Virus record (IMG/VR): IMGVR_UViG_3300031867_000002 | Coordinates: 64,001-128,000 of that record | From: a virus | Taxonomy: Duplodnaviria > Caudoviricetes | Direction: 5' to 3' (one strand) | Length of the DNA: 64,000 nucleotides | In this document: one piece after another, positions 29,410-38,345 of the stretch | How positions within the stretch are numbered: the stretch's first letter is position 1 | Layout: the number at the start of each line of letters is the position of its first letter | Program-made: the position numbers and the translations under genes | The notes under the pieces: model-generated | Told to the model about the DNA's origin: nothing | The model's input: only the letters and a program-made list of their open reading frames with translations | Databases searched by the model: none

Positions 29410-30076
29410 AGTTCCTTTCACTCCAATTCTTAATTTCATTTGCTAGGGTGAGTAAGTCATTATCAGATGAACCTGTATCTTTAAAGGCGAGTCTGATGTA
29501 ATATAATAACTTATTACAAATTTCTGGTGTAATACCATTATAATAATTCTTTATAAGTTCTGTCCATTTGCCAAATACTTGATTTGGGTGAACATAGAAT
29601 AATTCATCAGCATGATACAGCTGATGTACTGTTTTAGACATCATAATAATAGGTACTCTGTTATGTTTATGCTCTTCTCTTAATGCACCTACAATATGGA
29701 AAGTTGATACCTGACCATATGTATTAATATAGTGCTCACAAATCATAAGAGCTATGTCAAAGATAGTTAATATAACATGATTCATTTCAAGTTCTGCCAT
29801 ATCAGAATTAATGTTATGCATAAAAGCACAATGGTCTAAACCAAGTTCCATTAAACTAGCTTTATATGCTTTATAGAATCTGCTATGTCTAAATTGAGAA
29901 ATAGCATTATTAATAAATCTACCATAACTATCAATATCTGTAAGAGATTCTTTTGTTTGCATTAAAGATATTTCATAAGCAGAAGATGGGCTTCTTAACG
30001 TAGGATTTCCGTTACTTAAGTACATAGTAATATCAGGGAAATCATTTCCATTAAGGATTATTTTATCTTGTTCCAT
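29330..30076 (-). CDS. hypothetical protein with degenerate HNH-like motif
   Basis: GGAGG RBS before ATG 30076; HCAF...EMNH...SKTVHQLYH; late promoter at 30106-30117. Confidence 0.55.
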   Translation of the reverse strand: MEQDKIILNGNDFPDITMYLSNGNPTLRSPSSAYEISLMQTKESLTDIDSYGRFINNAISQFRHSRFYKAYKASLMELGLDHCAFMHNINSDMAELEMNHVILTIFDIALMICEHYINTYGQVSTFHIVGALREEHKHNRVPIIMMSKTVHQLYHADELFYVHPNQVFGKWTELIKNYYNGITPEICNKLLYYIRLAFKDTGSSDNDLLTLANEIKNWSERNYGSTIYTTQSSNPYHYWNNPNPGTGF

Positions 30077-30160
30077 ACAATTACCTCCTAACATTATTAA
30101 GTCATTATTAAATAGTTATTGATGTGAAAGTTAAAGGATTTGAATATATATTATTATAGT

Positions 30161-30242
30161 GATTAGTAGAGGTCAGACAATGCTAATCTGAACTGCACGA
30201 GGATATGCAGAATATTAATCTTTTAGCTTTTGAAAGGAGCTA
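30161..30242 (+). ncRNA. structured 5' leader, copy B
   Basis: Homolog of 772-853, preceded by the same TATATTATTATAGTG promoter (30147-30161). Confidence 0.65.
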
Positions 30243-30248
30243 TATATC

Positions 30249-30734
30249 ATGGAAAACAAGAAAAATGAACAACAGGTAAAATTTGAAGATTATCTTAAAA
30301 ATCTCTACGAAAAAGACAAGCCCACGACAGAAGAATTAACTCAATGGGGTTGGAACTTTAAAGTCGGCTCTGCTTTACAGATTGACCTTATTGATGCTGA
30401 AACAGACTCCGTCAAAGTTCGTTATCTCGGAAAAGAATTCCGAGTAACAATGATTGACAATGACTTGCTGGACAAAATTTTTAAGACAATTGAAGATGTT
30501 ATTTATACAACACTTCTTCTTAACTGCGACAACATGAAAGAAGAGGAAAGACAAGAGTTACTTTTCAAGTTTACAAGGTTCAAAACTCTCCTCGAAGAAC
30601 AGTATTCAAGGGGGAAGAAGAATTACAACAACAAGATTGTTGAATTAGCTAGAAAAGGCCCTGTTATTAATTCTCCTTCTTCAGATTTTAAATTTCCGAT
30701 AGTAAATACTCCTGGTAGTGAACGGAGCAAATAA
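30249..30734 (+). CDS. hypothetical early protein
   Basis: AAAGGAG RBS; stand-alone cassette with terminator at 30739-30772. Confidence 0.7.
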   Translation: MENKKNEQQVKFEDYLKNLYEKDKPTTEELTQWGWNFKVGSALQIDLIDAETDSVKVRYLGKEFRVTMIDNDLLDKIFKTIEDVIYTTLLLNCDNMKEEERQELLFKFTRFKTLLEEQYSRGKKNYNNKIVELARKGPVINSPSSDFKFPIVNTPGSERSK

Positions 30735-30738
30735 AGAA

Positions 30739-30772
30739 TAAAAGAACGGGACTTTACATCCCGTTCTTTTTT
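30739..30772. terminator. bidirectional intrinsic terminator
   Basis: AAAAGAACGGGA-loop-TCCCGTTCTTTTTT between convergent genes. Confidence 0.85.
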
Positions 30773-30775
30773 ATG

Positions 30776-32242
30776 TTACTTGATATCAGATACGTTTACC
30801 CAACCAGTTACATAATTACCAACTGGAGTTTTGCCTGCATTTTCTTTTTTGTTAGTAATACGAATTCTTCCTTTAATCACTTCATCACTATACACGTAAT
30901 AAGTACCAGTCTTCTTAGAAGAATATCTGGAAGCACTTGCAGAAGCATAAAGACATGTGCTACTAAGTTTTACTTCTTTACCAGCAGTAATAGCAGTATC
31001 CTCCTTCTTAGTTTCAACAACTGGCTCTGGTGAAACAACAGGTGTACTACTACCATATACATCTTCCTTAGAAAGACCATAATAAGAGTAGAAGTCTTTG
31101 GTAACAGTGTTATTAGAAACAACCTCATTACCGAGCCATCTATAACCCTGTCTCACATCAAGATGGATTGCTGTATATGTCTTGTTGATATTTGCAATAC
31201 CACCGAATACACCTTCCATATCTTGAGCAGCACAGGAAATCTTCTTAGTAGAAATAACGGCTTTATTCTTATCATAGAATACTACGTCTGCAGCATCACC
31301 GACAGAGTGTTTACCAGCAAATCCATTCATATTAGTATCGTATTCAGGACAACGATATCCACTGTTTACGATAATCATAGAGCAGTCAAATTTCTCAAAC
31401 AGTTTTTCAAGACCAGCAACAAGTCTAGTATTGATTACAATATCATGCTTTTTACCACACTTACACTTGAACTCTTGCACATTAAAATGCTTAGATAACT
31501 GGGTCTTATCACTATAAGCATAATGTTTCTGTTCATATGTGGTTGTAGAAGAATCAATAGGATAAGTTACATTTGTATGTTCTACTACCACTGGTGTAGG
31601 TGTTACAACTTCACCATTCTTAGTATAACCATTATAACCACCCTTTTGAATAATTTCTGGATAATTATCTACATAACAGTAGTTCATATCAAATTCACAA
31701 GAGATTCCATTAAGTCTTCCCTTAGAAGAATACTGCCACATCTTATGTCCAGTATAAGAAGTAGAAGAAGCATAATGTGCAAGCCAGATATCATATCTAC
31801 CATCTTGTATATCACTAGGAATAAAGCTTCTAAACATAGAATAGTAAGAATATAGACCTACATAATAACCAGCATTCTTTACAGTATCCATGAAGTTAGT
31901 GATTACTGCTCTAGCAACAGACTTATTCTTTTGTCCTTCTGCTCCTGGAAATGCTTCATAGTCAAACATAACAGGATATTCAAACTTCTTACCTTTCACA
32001 CAAGAAAGAAAAGCCTTAGCTTCTTGAATAGCTTCAGAACCAGATGTAGCATAAGATGCCCAGTAGCAACCCTTTGGAATACCATACCTTTCACAAGCAG
32101 CATAATATTCTTCAAAGCGTTCATCTTTTTGAGAAGTAAGTCTACCATATCCAGCTCTGATAATAACAAAATCTACTTGTCCTTTGAGTTTGGAAAAGTT
32201 AATACTACCATTCCATTTAGAAATATCTACGCCTTTAAGCAT
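30776..32242 (-). CDS. endolysin: GH25 muramidase + peptidase M15 + C-terminal SH3-like cell-wall-binding domain
   Basis: GVDISKWNG...FVIIRAGYG...PVMFDYE...WLAHY...MWQYS (GH25); HFNVQEFKCKCG...NSGYRC...H..G.AAD...IHLDVR (M15); GRIRIT...GWV. Confidence 0.9.
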   Translation of the reverse strand: MLKGVDISKWNGSINFSKLKGQVDFVIIRAGYGRLTSQKDERFEEYYAACERYGIPKGCYWASYATSGSEAIQEAKAFLSCVKGKKFEYPVMFDYEAFPGAEGQKNKSVARAVITNFMDTVKNAGYYVGLYSYYSMFRSFIPSDIQDGRYDIWLAHYASSTSYTGHKMWQYSSKGRLNGISCEFDMNYCYVDNYPEIIQKGGYNGYTKNGEVVTPTPVVVEHTNVTYPIDSSTTTYEQKHYAYSDKTQLSKHFNVQEFKCKCGKKHDIVINTRLVAGLEKLFEKFDCSMIIVNSGYRCPEYDTNMNGFAGKHSVGDAADVVFYDKNKAVISTKKISCAAQDMEGVFGGIANINKTYTAIHLDVRQGYRWLGNEVVSNNTVTKDFYSYYGLSKEDVYGSSTPVVSPEPVVETKKEDTAITAGKEVKLSSTCLYASASASRYSSKKTGTYYVYSDEVIKGRIRITNKKENAGKTPVGNYVTGWVNVSDIK

Positions 32243-32308
32243 ACAAATACCTCCTTTAATATTTTAATATAATGTTAGAGAGACCCGAATTAATGGGTCT
32301 CTCTTATA

Positions 32309-35300
32309 TTAACCATTGTGTTCGAGTTCACTTACTCTTCTTTCAAGTTGTTCAATTCTATATATTAATTCAGCAATACATGTTGGTGTAGGATAACTTG
32401 GTGTATCAGAACCAGATGGTTTATATGCATTAACTTCTCTTTCAAAGAATTCTTTAGTACATAATAATCCATCATTATTGATATACATTCTTGAAGGATA
32501 TACAGTTCCTCTTTCTAAAGTATAAGTAAATTTTTCTGGGTCAGTGCCGCCATTTCTTCTTTGAATAGAACTAAATCCTTCTGTTTCAAATACTATTACA
32601 CCTCTATTATTTAAAATTCTTGTATTATTAGTTATACTAGTATTAGGATATCCATACCCATAATAAAAATTATATATATTGTGCTTACTATCATATTCAG
32701 CATTATGGTCATGATAGTTTTTACTAGATTCTGGGAACATATTTGCATCATGTTTATTAGCGTCATCCTGAGTTATACTATCATTTATATCTACTTTACT
32801 ATTTATATTTTGTCCAGAATCATCGAAATATTTATTTAAGTCTTGTTTAATATTTATAAGAGAGTCAGATAGTATGTCTATTGTCTTATTGTTATTAAGA
32901 GCTAATAGCATTGTATTCCAATTAATCTTATCTACATCAATATCTGAAATATTACCATTTATAGACAATAGTACTGGATTTAAAGGTTCATTATCTGTTA
33001 TAGATACTCCATATACAGATTTATCTCCAGTCTTAGTTATTGTAATATTTATAGCATCATCTGATTTATATTTTTCTGTAATATCTTCATTTGCTGTAAT
33101 TCTTTCTGGATTATCTTTATCTGCTCTTATAGGTTTAACAAGGCTAAATCTATTATAAGAGAATATATTTTTCTTATCCATATCAGATTTTAAATACAAT
33201 GATGAATAAACTGTAACTTTGTTATTATTTTCGTCTATAAATTTACCATCACTGTTAAATCCTTTAATCTTCAGAATTTGTTCTTTAGTGTATAGAGTTC
33301 TGTTACATGATGTTGGTAAATAAGATTCATCACTATAGAAGTCTTTTCCTATATCTCTAGTTAGTAAGTAATGATAAAATTCATATATAGATTTATTTAC
33401 ATAATACTCATCTCTAATACCACAACCGTTTATATATTTGAATATCGCTGTATCAAAGCAATCTTTAACTTTTCTATTCTTTAACCATTTATTATAAGAA
33501 TCTACACTATAATCAAAGATTCCGTTTATCTTAGTATCTGATACATATGGTGCCATACAGTTCATTTCAACAGCATAATTATTAGAACCTATATATTCTC
33601 TAAGTTCTTTAATTTTATCTAAGTCTCTACTTACAGCACAATCTACTCTATAGTCTTCTTCAGCTAGATTTACTGTAGTAGAATTACCAAATGATGTGTC
33701 ATAACGAACATATTTAGTTTCATCAGTTACACCATTAGAACCTTCTGGATAATCTACAGAGAATGGATGGAATTTATATCCAACGACAACATCTTTTACA
33801 ATAGTCATCCATCCATTATCGGAACTTACTATGCTATTATATCGTGCTATAGCATCTGATTCAGAAGATGATGTTTGACTAGCATAATAATATAACCAAG
33901 CATTATTAAAGAACGTTTTATCATCGTTATTATTAATACCACTTAAGTCTAATAGCTTTACTTTGTCTGTGAAATAATCATATAGTGCAACAACATCATC
34001 GAATGCATAATCATCATATTTATAACAGTACTTTATTCTATACAGTACATTATCCTTAATGAAATAGTAATAATCTATTCCTATAGGACAAAGACTATTA
34101 AGTTTAAAATTACTTTTTGTTAATTTTGTAACAATAATATCATTGTTATTTTTTTGTATAGTATAGAGTGGACATTCTACACCATCTATTTCGATAAAAA
34201 ATTCATTATTTCTGTCTCCTATATGGTCGCCAGCATAATGAATCTTTCTAGTTATCAATAAAGCTTGTGTAGCTAATTCTACATTGTTATAATCTGGAGC
34301 AGTTTCACCTTTCTTTACATAAGGAGTATCTATTTTAGCCACTCTAATTTTATTAACTAGTGTACATAGATATTTTACATTGTTGGTATTATCTATTATT
34401 AATATACCATTATCTCCACTAATAATAGATTGGCTAGGTCTACATTTATAATCATAGTTTACTCCATCTATATTACATTTTAATTTAGTCTCATCGTTAA
34501 ATTTAAAAGATGTGTTCATAGTAAATGGAGAATTATTTCTACCACAGTATCTATTAAGTAATTCATATGCTAGAATTCTATTTTCTGCATTATCCCAGTT
34601 ATATATACTTATTCTTTTTCTAAATTTATACTTGGTTCTATTAAAAGAATCATGTGATTCTTCTGGGTTAAATCCAGTAAATGTATGAATATTTGAAGAG
34701 TCTATAAACTGTCCATCAGATTCATCAAATAATACATGCTCAAATAATTCTGGATACATTGCAACTACACATACTGGGCTATTATCAAAAGGAGCGTCAT
34801 GGTTATTATTAAATCTAAATGTAACACTTCCAGACTTTGTATTATTAGCTTGTGCTAAAGCATTTCTTTTCATGGTAGCAATATAGTTAGAGTCGTTATT
34901 ACCAAAGAATTCTATAAAACGTTTTATATATTTTAAATTATTGTCAATACTAAAATAATCTTTAGGAGTAAAATTAGAATTTACGTATTGTGAGTTAGAT
35001 ACTATAATAGTCTTTACAACTCTATCTGATGCTGTATTGCTATAAGAAGACCAAGTACTATTATTAGAATCAAATATTTCATTACTTGCATCTTGAATTA
35101 TTAAATGTGCATAATCTCCAATATAGTTATAAACATGAAATCCACGTATAGTATCATCAGTCCAATAAGTTCCTTGCATATTATCAAATACAGTTCCATT
35201 AGCTTTAATGCTAACCCATTCACCATTACATTTTATAGCATTATTATCTAGATATGGCAATACCATAAATTTTTTATTTTCTATATCAAAAGGTATAGCA

Positions 35301-36313
35301 TTTAAGTGCTGATATTCTACATCATCAAAACTGTCGCTATTTAATCCTTTTGCAGTTATTACATACCCATATTTTTGTCTATGCTCTTCATCCAATGTGC
35401 TATAAAATCTGTTTATATAATTCTTTCCAAAAATCGGATTATTTATAAATTCATCATATGATAATACAAATTCGTTTATAAATTTTTCATTAGTAGAGCC
35501 TTCTATTGAACTATAAGTTTGAAAGCTATCTATTGTATCTATGCCTTTATATACATTAAAGCAGTTAGTATGAGGAAATGTAAAGTTTATAATAGCATTA
35601 TTAAGGCTATTTATATCTTCATTATACACATTAGCAACTGGAGTCATATATGTTGCTTGTGGGTCTTTTATGACAGGAATTTCATATACTACATTATCTA
35701 CATCATTACGCATTAAAGAGTATCTTCTATCAGTAACATCTTTATCCTCATTATCTGCTTCAAATTCTACGGCTTCTGCAAATACATCTAAATCAAACGG
35801 GTCTGTAATATTTCCACCTCCATAAATTGTATCTCCAGTAATATCAAATAGTTTAACATTACCATCTGCTCCTGGTCCTACAATAAAGTTTTTAAAGTTA
35901 CTTTCTGAACAAAGATGAATACTAGCATTATCAAAATCGATAATTACCATTACATAATCGCCCTCATTAAATACATCTTTAGTTGCAGGATACGCTTTCT
36001 TTTCACCAATATTATTATCAATTCTTCTTCCAGCAAAGTCATATACATTTTCAAACTTTACTCTAAGAATTACTTCGTCTTCTGTATTTATAAGTAACCA
36101 ATCATCTCCAGCAAAATTATCACTGCCGTTATGTTTATAAAATGGATATGGTACAGCTGCTGTAAATAATTTAATTATCTTACCAGACAGTTTAACTGGA
36201 TAACTTGTATCCATTTTAAGCATATTAACCATTTCAAATATATTATTATTTATAAAATGTTTTCCATAGATATGCTTTAGGTCCATACGTCTATTTAAAA
36301 AGTTAGTCGACAT
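32309..36313 (-). CDS. large hypothetical protein, probably virion/tail-associated
   Basis: 1334 aa, Asn/Asp-rich beta-like sequence, C-terminal coiled coil ELIYRIEQLERRVSELE; late promoter at 36340-36351. Confidence 0.5.
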   Translation of the reverse strand: MSTNFLNRRMDLKHIYGKHFINNNIFEMVNMLKMDTSYPVKLSGKIIKLFTAAVPYPFYKHNGSDNFAGDDWLLINTEDEVILRVKFENVYDFAGRRIDNNIGEKKAYPATKDVFNEGDYVMVIIDFDNASIHLCSESNFKNFIVGPGADGNVKLFDITGDTIYGGGNITDPFDLDVFAEAVEFEADNEDKDVTDRRYSLMRNDVDNVVYEIPVIKDPQATYMTPVANVYNEDINSLNNAIINFTFPHTNCFNVYKGIDTIDSFQTYSSIEGSTNEKFINEFVLSYDEFINNPIFGKNYINRFYSTLDEEHRQKYGYVITAKGLNSDSFDDVEYQHLNAIPFDIENKKFMVLPYLDNNAIKCNGEWVSIKANGTVFDNMQGTYWTDDTIRGFHVYNYIGDYAHLIIQDASNEIFDSNNSTWSSYSNTASDRVVKTIIVSNSQYVNSNFTPKDYFSIDNNLKYIKRFIEFFGNNDSNYIATMKRNALAQANNTKSGSVTFRFNNNHDAPFDNSPVCVVAMYPELFEHVLFDESDGQFIDSSNIHTFTGFNPEESHDSFNRTKYKFRKRISIYNWDNAENRILAYELLNRYCGRNNSPFTMNTSFKFNDETKLKCNIDGVNYDYKCRPSQSIISGDNGILIIDNTNNVKYLCTLVNKIRVAKIDTPYVKKGETAPDYNNVELATQALLITRKIHYAGDHIGDRNNEFFIEIDGVECPLYTIQKNNNDIIVTKLTKSNFKLNSLCPIGIDYYYFIKDNVLYRIKYCYKYDDYAFDDVVALYDYFTDKVKLLDLSGINNNDDKTFFNNAWLYYYASQTSSSESDAIARYNSIVSSDNGWMTIVKDVVVGYKFHPFSVDYPEGSNGVTDETKYVRYDTSFGNSTTVNLAEEDYRVDCAVSRDLDKIKELREYIGSNNYAVEMNCMAPYVSDTKINGIFDYSVDSYNKWLKNRKVKDCFDTAIFKYINGCGIRDEYYVNKSIYEFYHYLLTRDIGKDFYSDESYLPTSCNRTLYTKEQILKIKGFNSDGKFIDENNNKVTVYSSLYLKSDMDKKNIFSYNRFSLVKPIRADKDNPERITANEDITEKYKSDDAINITITKTGDKSVYGVSITDNEPLNPVLLSINGNISDIDVDKINWNTMLLALNNNKTIDILSDSLINIKQDLNKYFDDSGQNINSKVDINDSITQDDANKHDANMFPESSKNYHDHNAEYDSKHNIYNFYYGYGYPNTSITNNTRILNNRGVIVFETEGFSSIQRRNGGTDPEKFTYTLERGTVYPSRMYINNDGLLCTKEFFEREVNAYKPSGSDTPSYPTPTCIAELIYRIEQLERRVSELEHNG

Positions 36314-36399
36314 ACTGTTTCCTCCTTTACAAGAATCTTTATATTAAAGTTCCACTATTACAATAAAAAAGAAACGTGCCATAAGAGGCACGTTTCTCG

Positions 36400-37185
36400 T
36401 TATCTGGTAAACATTATTTCCATCAGAATCTTATGCAGCTCTAATAAGAATGTCATATTATAGCTTTTATCAATAAATTGTCTGAGACTAATTTTTTCTT
36501 CTTCTGTTAAATCAGATACGCCAAAGTTTCTTCCTATTAAGCGATAACTTGAATTAGAATTGAATTCTCTGTAGCATTCAATAGGAAAATCTTTAGAGTT
36601 ATATCTTTCTCTAATCTCAGTAATATAACTCATAGCAGATTGTAAATCACCTTGTTGAACGTATCTTAGTATATCACATATGATAGACATAAAAGCTTCA
36701 TGAAGATATAGTTTATCATCATTAATACCTTTAATCTGTATATCGTAATCATCTGTTCTTTCATCCCAAAAGAAGTATATTTCTAATCCCATACAATTTA
36801 AGAAGATTGAGTATGTTCCTCTAAGGGTAAAGTGAATGTTAGTAAAATCTGTAATATTTAGTCTTCTTAATACATATAGAGCATCTTTTTTAATAGATAC
36901 AATATCGTCCTCTCTTATATCATTTACTGCTATTAAAGATTTTCTAGCTTCTTCAAAACCTCTATTAATAGCATTAGAATACATAGGATTCTGTTGAAGT
37001 CTACCAATAGCAATTTGACGTTGCAGTTTATTCATCTGAGAATACATTTCAAACTCTTTTGGAGAAATATATCCATACTGTAACAGTATGGATATATTTG
37101 CTTTTGTAATATCGTATTCAAAGATTTCATGAATTAACCATTTGGCTTTTATCGTATATAAAGTTCTTTTATATAACTCGTTCAT
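36400..37185 (-). CDS. putative family B-like DNA polymerase palm fragment
   Basis: IFEYDITKANISIL (motif A-like) and VSIKKDALYV (motif C-like); only 261 aa. Confidence 0.45.
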   Translation of the reverse strand: MNELYKRTLYTIKAKWLIHEIFEYDITKANISILLQYGYISPKEFEMYSQMNKLQRQIAIGRLQQNPMYSNAINRGFEEARKSLIAVNDIREDDIVSIKKDALYVLRRLNITDFTNIHFTLRGTYSIFLNCMGLEIYFFWDERTDDYDIQIKGINDDKLYLHEAFMSIICDILRYVQQGDLQSAMSYITEIRERYNSKDFPIECYREFNSNSSYRLIGRNFGVSDLTEEEKISLRQFIDKSYNMTFLLELHKILMEIMFTR

Positions 37186-37194
37186 AATAACCCC

Positions 37195-37683
37195 TCATTC
37201 TGGTTCATTCTCTAAACCTCTAGTTCCAAAGTACTGAAGATAATTTTCCATATTATCATCAAACATTTGAATTCCAATCGGCGAGAATTGACCTTCTACA
37301 AAGTTTTCTGTATCGTCTGGTGTATGAGCCACATTACAAGCATAACCATAAGTTTCCATAATATACTTAATAAGTGTCTCTACTACATTAGATGCTGTCT
37401 CAGTAGAAAAGTCTACAAGTATCCAAACGTTCTTACCATTATAAGCTTCTCTAATAAGATTAATAAACTCTCTAAATGCTTCTGGTGTAGAAGCAAGATA
37501 GTTTACATACCACATATCAAACTCATAACAGTTAGTATTACCATAATATTGATTATTACGATAAGGATTAAGATACATAAGTTGTGGAATACACTCAAGC
37601 ATTGTATTAAAATTTACTATAGAGTTTATAACTACTCTGCTTCTACAATACTTCAGTGCGTCTGGGCTACCGAAGATTATCAT
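37195..37683 (-). CDS. hypothetical protein
   Basis: AGGAGG RBS; weak similarity (L.P...F...Y...L) to 37696-38265. Confidence 0.6.
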   Translation of the reverse strand: MIIFGSPDALKYCRSRVVINSIVNFNTMLECIPQLMYLNPYRNNQYYGNTNCYEFDMWYVNYLASTPEAFREFINLIREAYNGKNVWILVDFSTETASNVVETLIKYIMETYGYACNVAHTPDDTENFVEGQFSPIGIQMFDDNMENYLQYFGTRGLENEPE

Positions 37684-37695
37684 ATAATCTCCTCC

Positions 37696-38265
37696 TTAAA
37701 ACTGATGAAATACAGATTCTTGAATAATTTGTGCATATCCATTATCATACAGAATATTTAAATTATTCATCATGAATTCTGGCATTACAGATTGATTATA
37801 TAATACGTTAGGATTATTCTGGATGTCTAAAGCACTATAAAATACTAGTCCGAATGCTAATCTAAGATAATTGAATAGAAACGTTACTATAGTTCCCATA
37901 TTTGAATTATTGTCAAAGTCAAAATACAATATATAATCCCAAGATTTTTCCATCAATCCAGCTACGAGTGCAATTATATATTCTACTACATCTTTATCTT
38001 CAGTAAGTTTTGCTTTATAAAGATAATAAAATTGGTCATAATTACCATCTATCAAATAATCCATAGCTCTAGGCGGTGGTAATAAGATAGGCGCACATAA
38101 AAAGTCTTCAATTCCTCTAGGACAAAAATCATCTATAGATATGACTTTGCATTTTGGAGCATCAATTCCTCTACTCTTATATGCAGCTACTTTAGTATTC
38201 ATTCTTGTTTGTAGAATGAAAGTTAACTCGTTAGGGTTTGTTGCAAATGAAATGTTTCCAATCAT
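37696..38265 (-). CDS. hypothetical protein
   Basis: GGAGGA RBS before ATG 38265; late promoter at 38291-38302. Confidence 0.6.
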   Translation of the reverse strand: MIGNISFATNPNELTFILQTRMNTKVAAYKSRGIDAPKCKVISIDDFCPRGIEDFLCAPILLPPPRAMDYLIDGNYDQFYYLYKAKLTEDKDVVEYIIALVAGLMEKSWDYILYFDFDNNSNMGTIVTFLFNYLRLAFGLVFYSALDIQNNPNVLYNQSVMPEFMMNNLNILYDNGYAQIIQESVFHQF

Positions 38266-38345
38266 AATAAATTCCTCCAATATATAATATTATAGGTAAG
38301 TTGAGACAAGTGTAGTTTTTGCCCCAACTTACCTATTGGGTTCAA

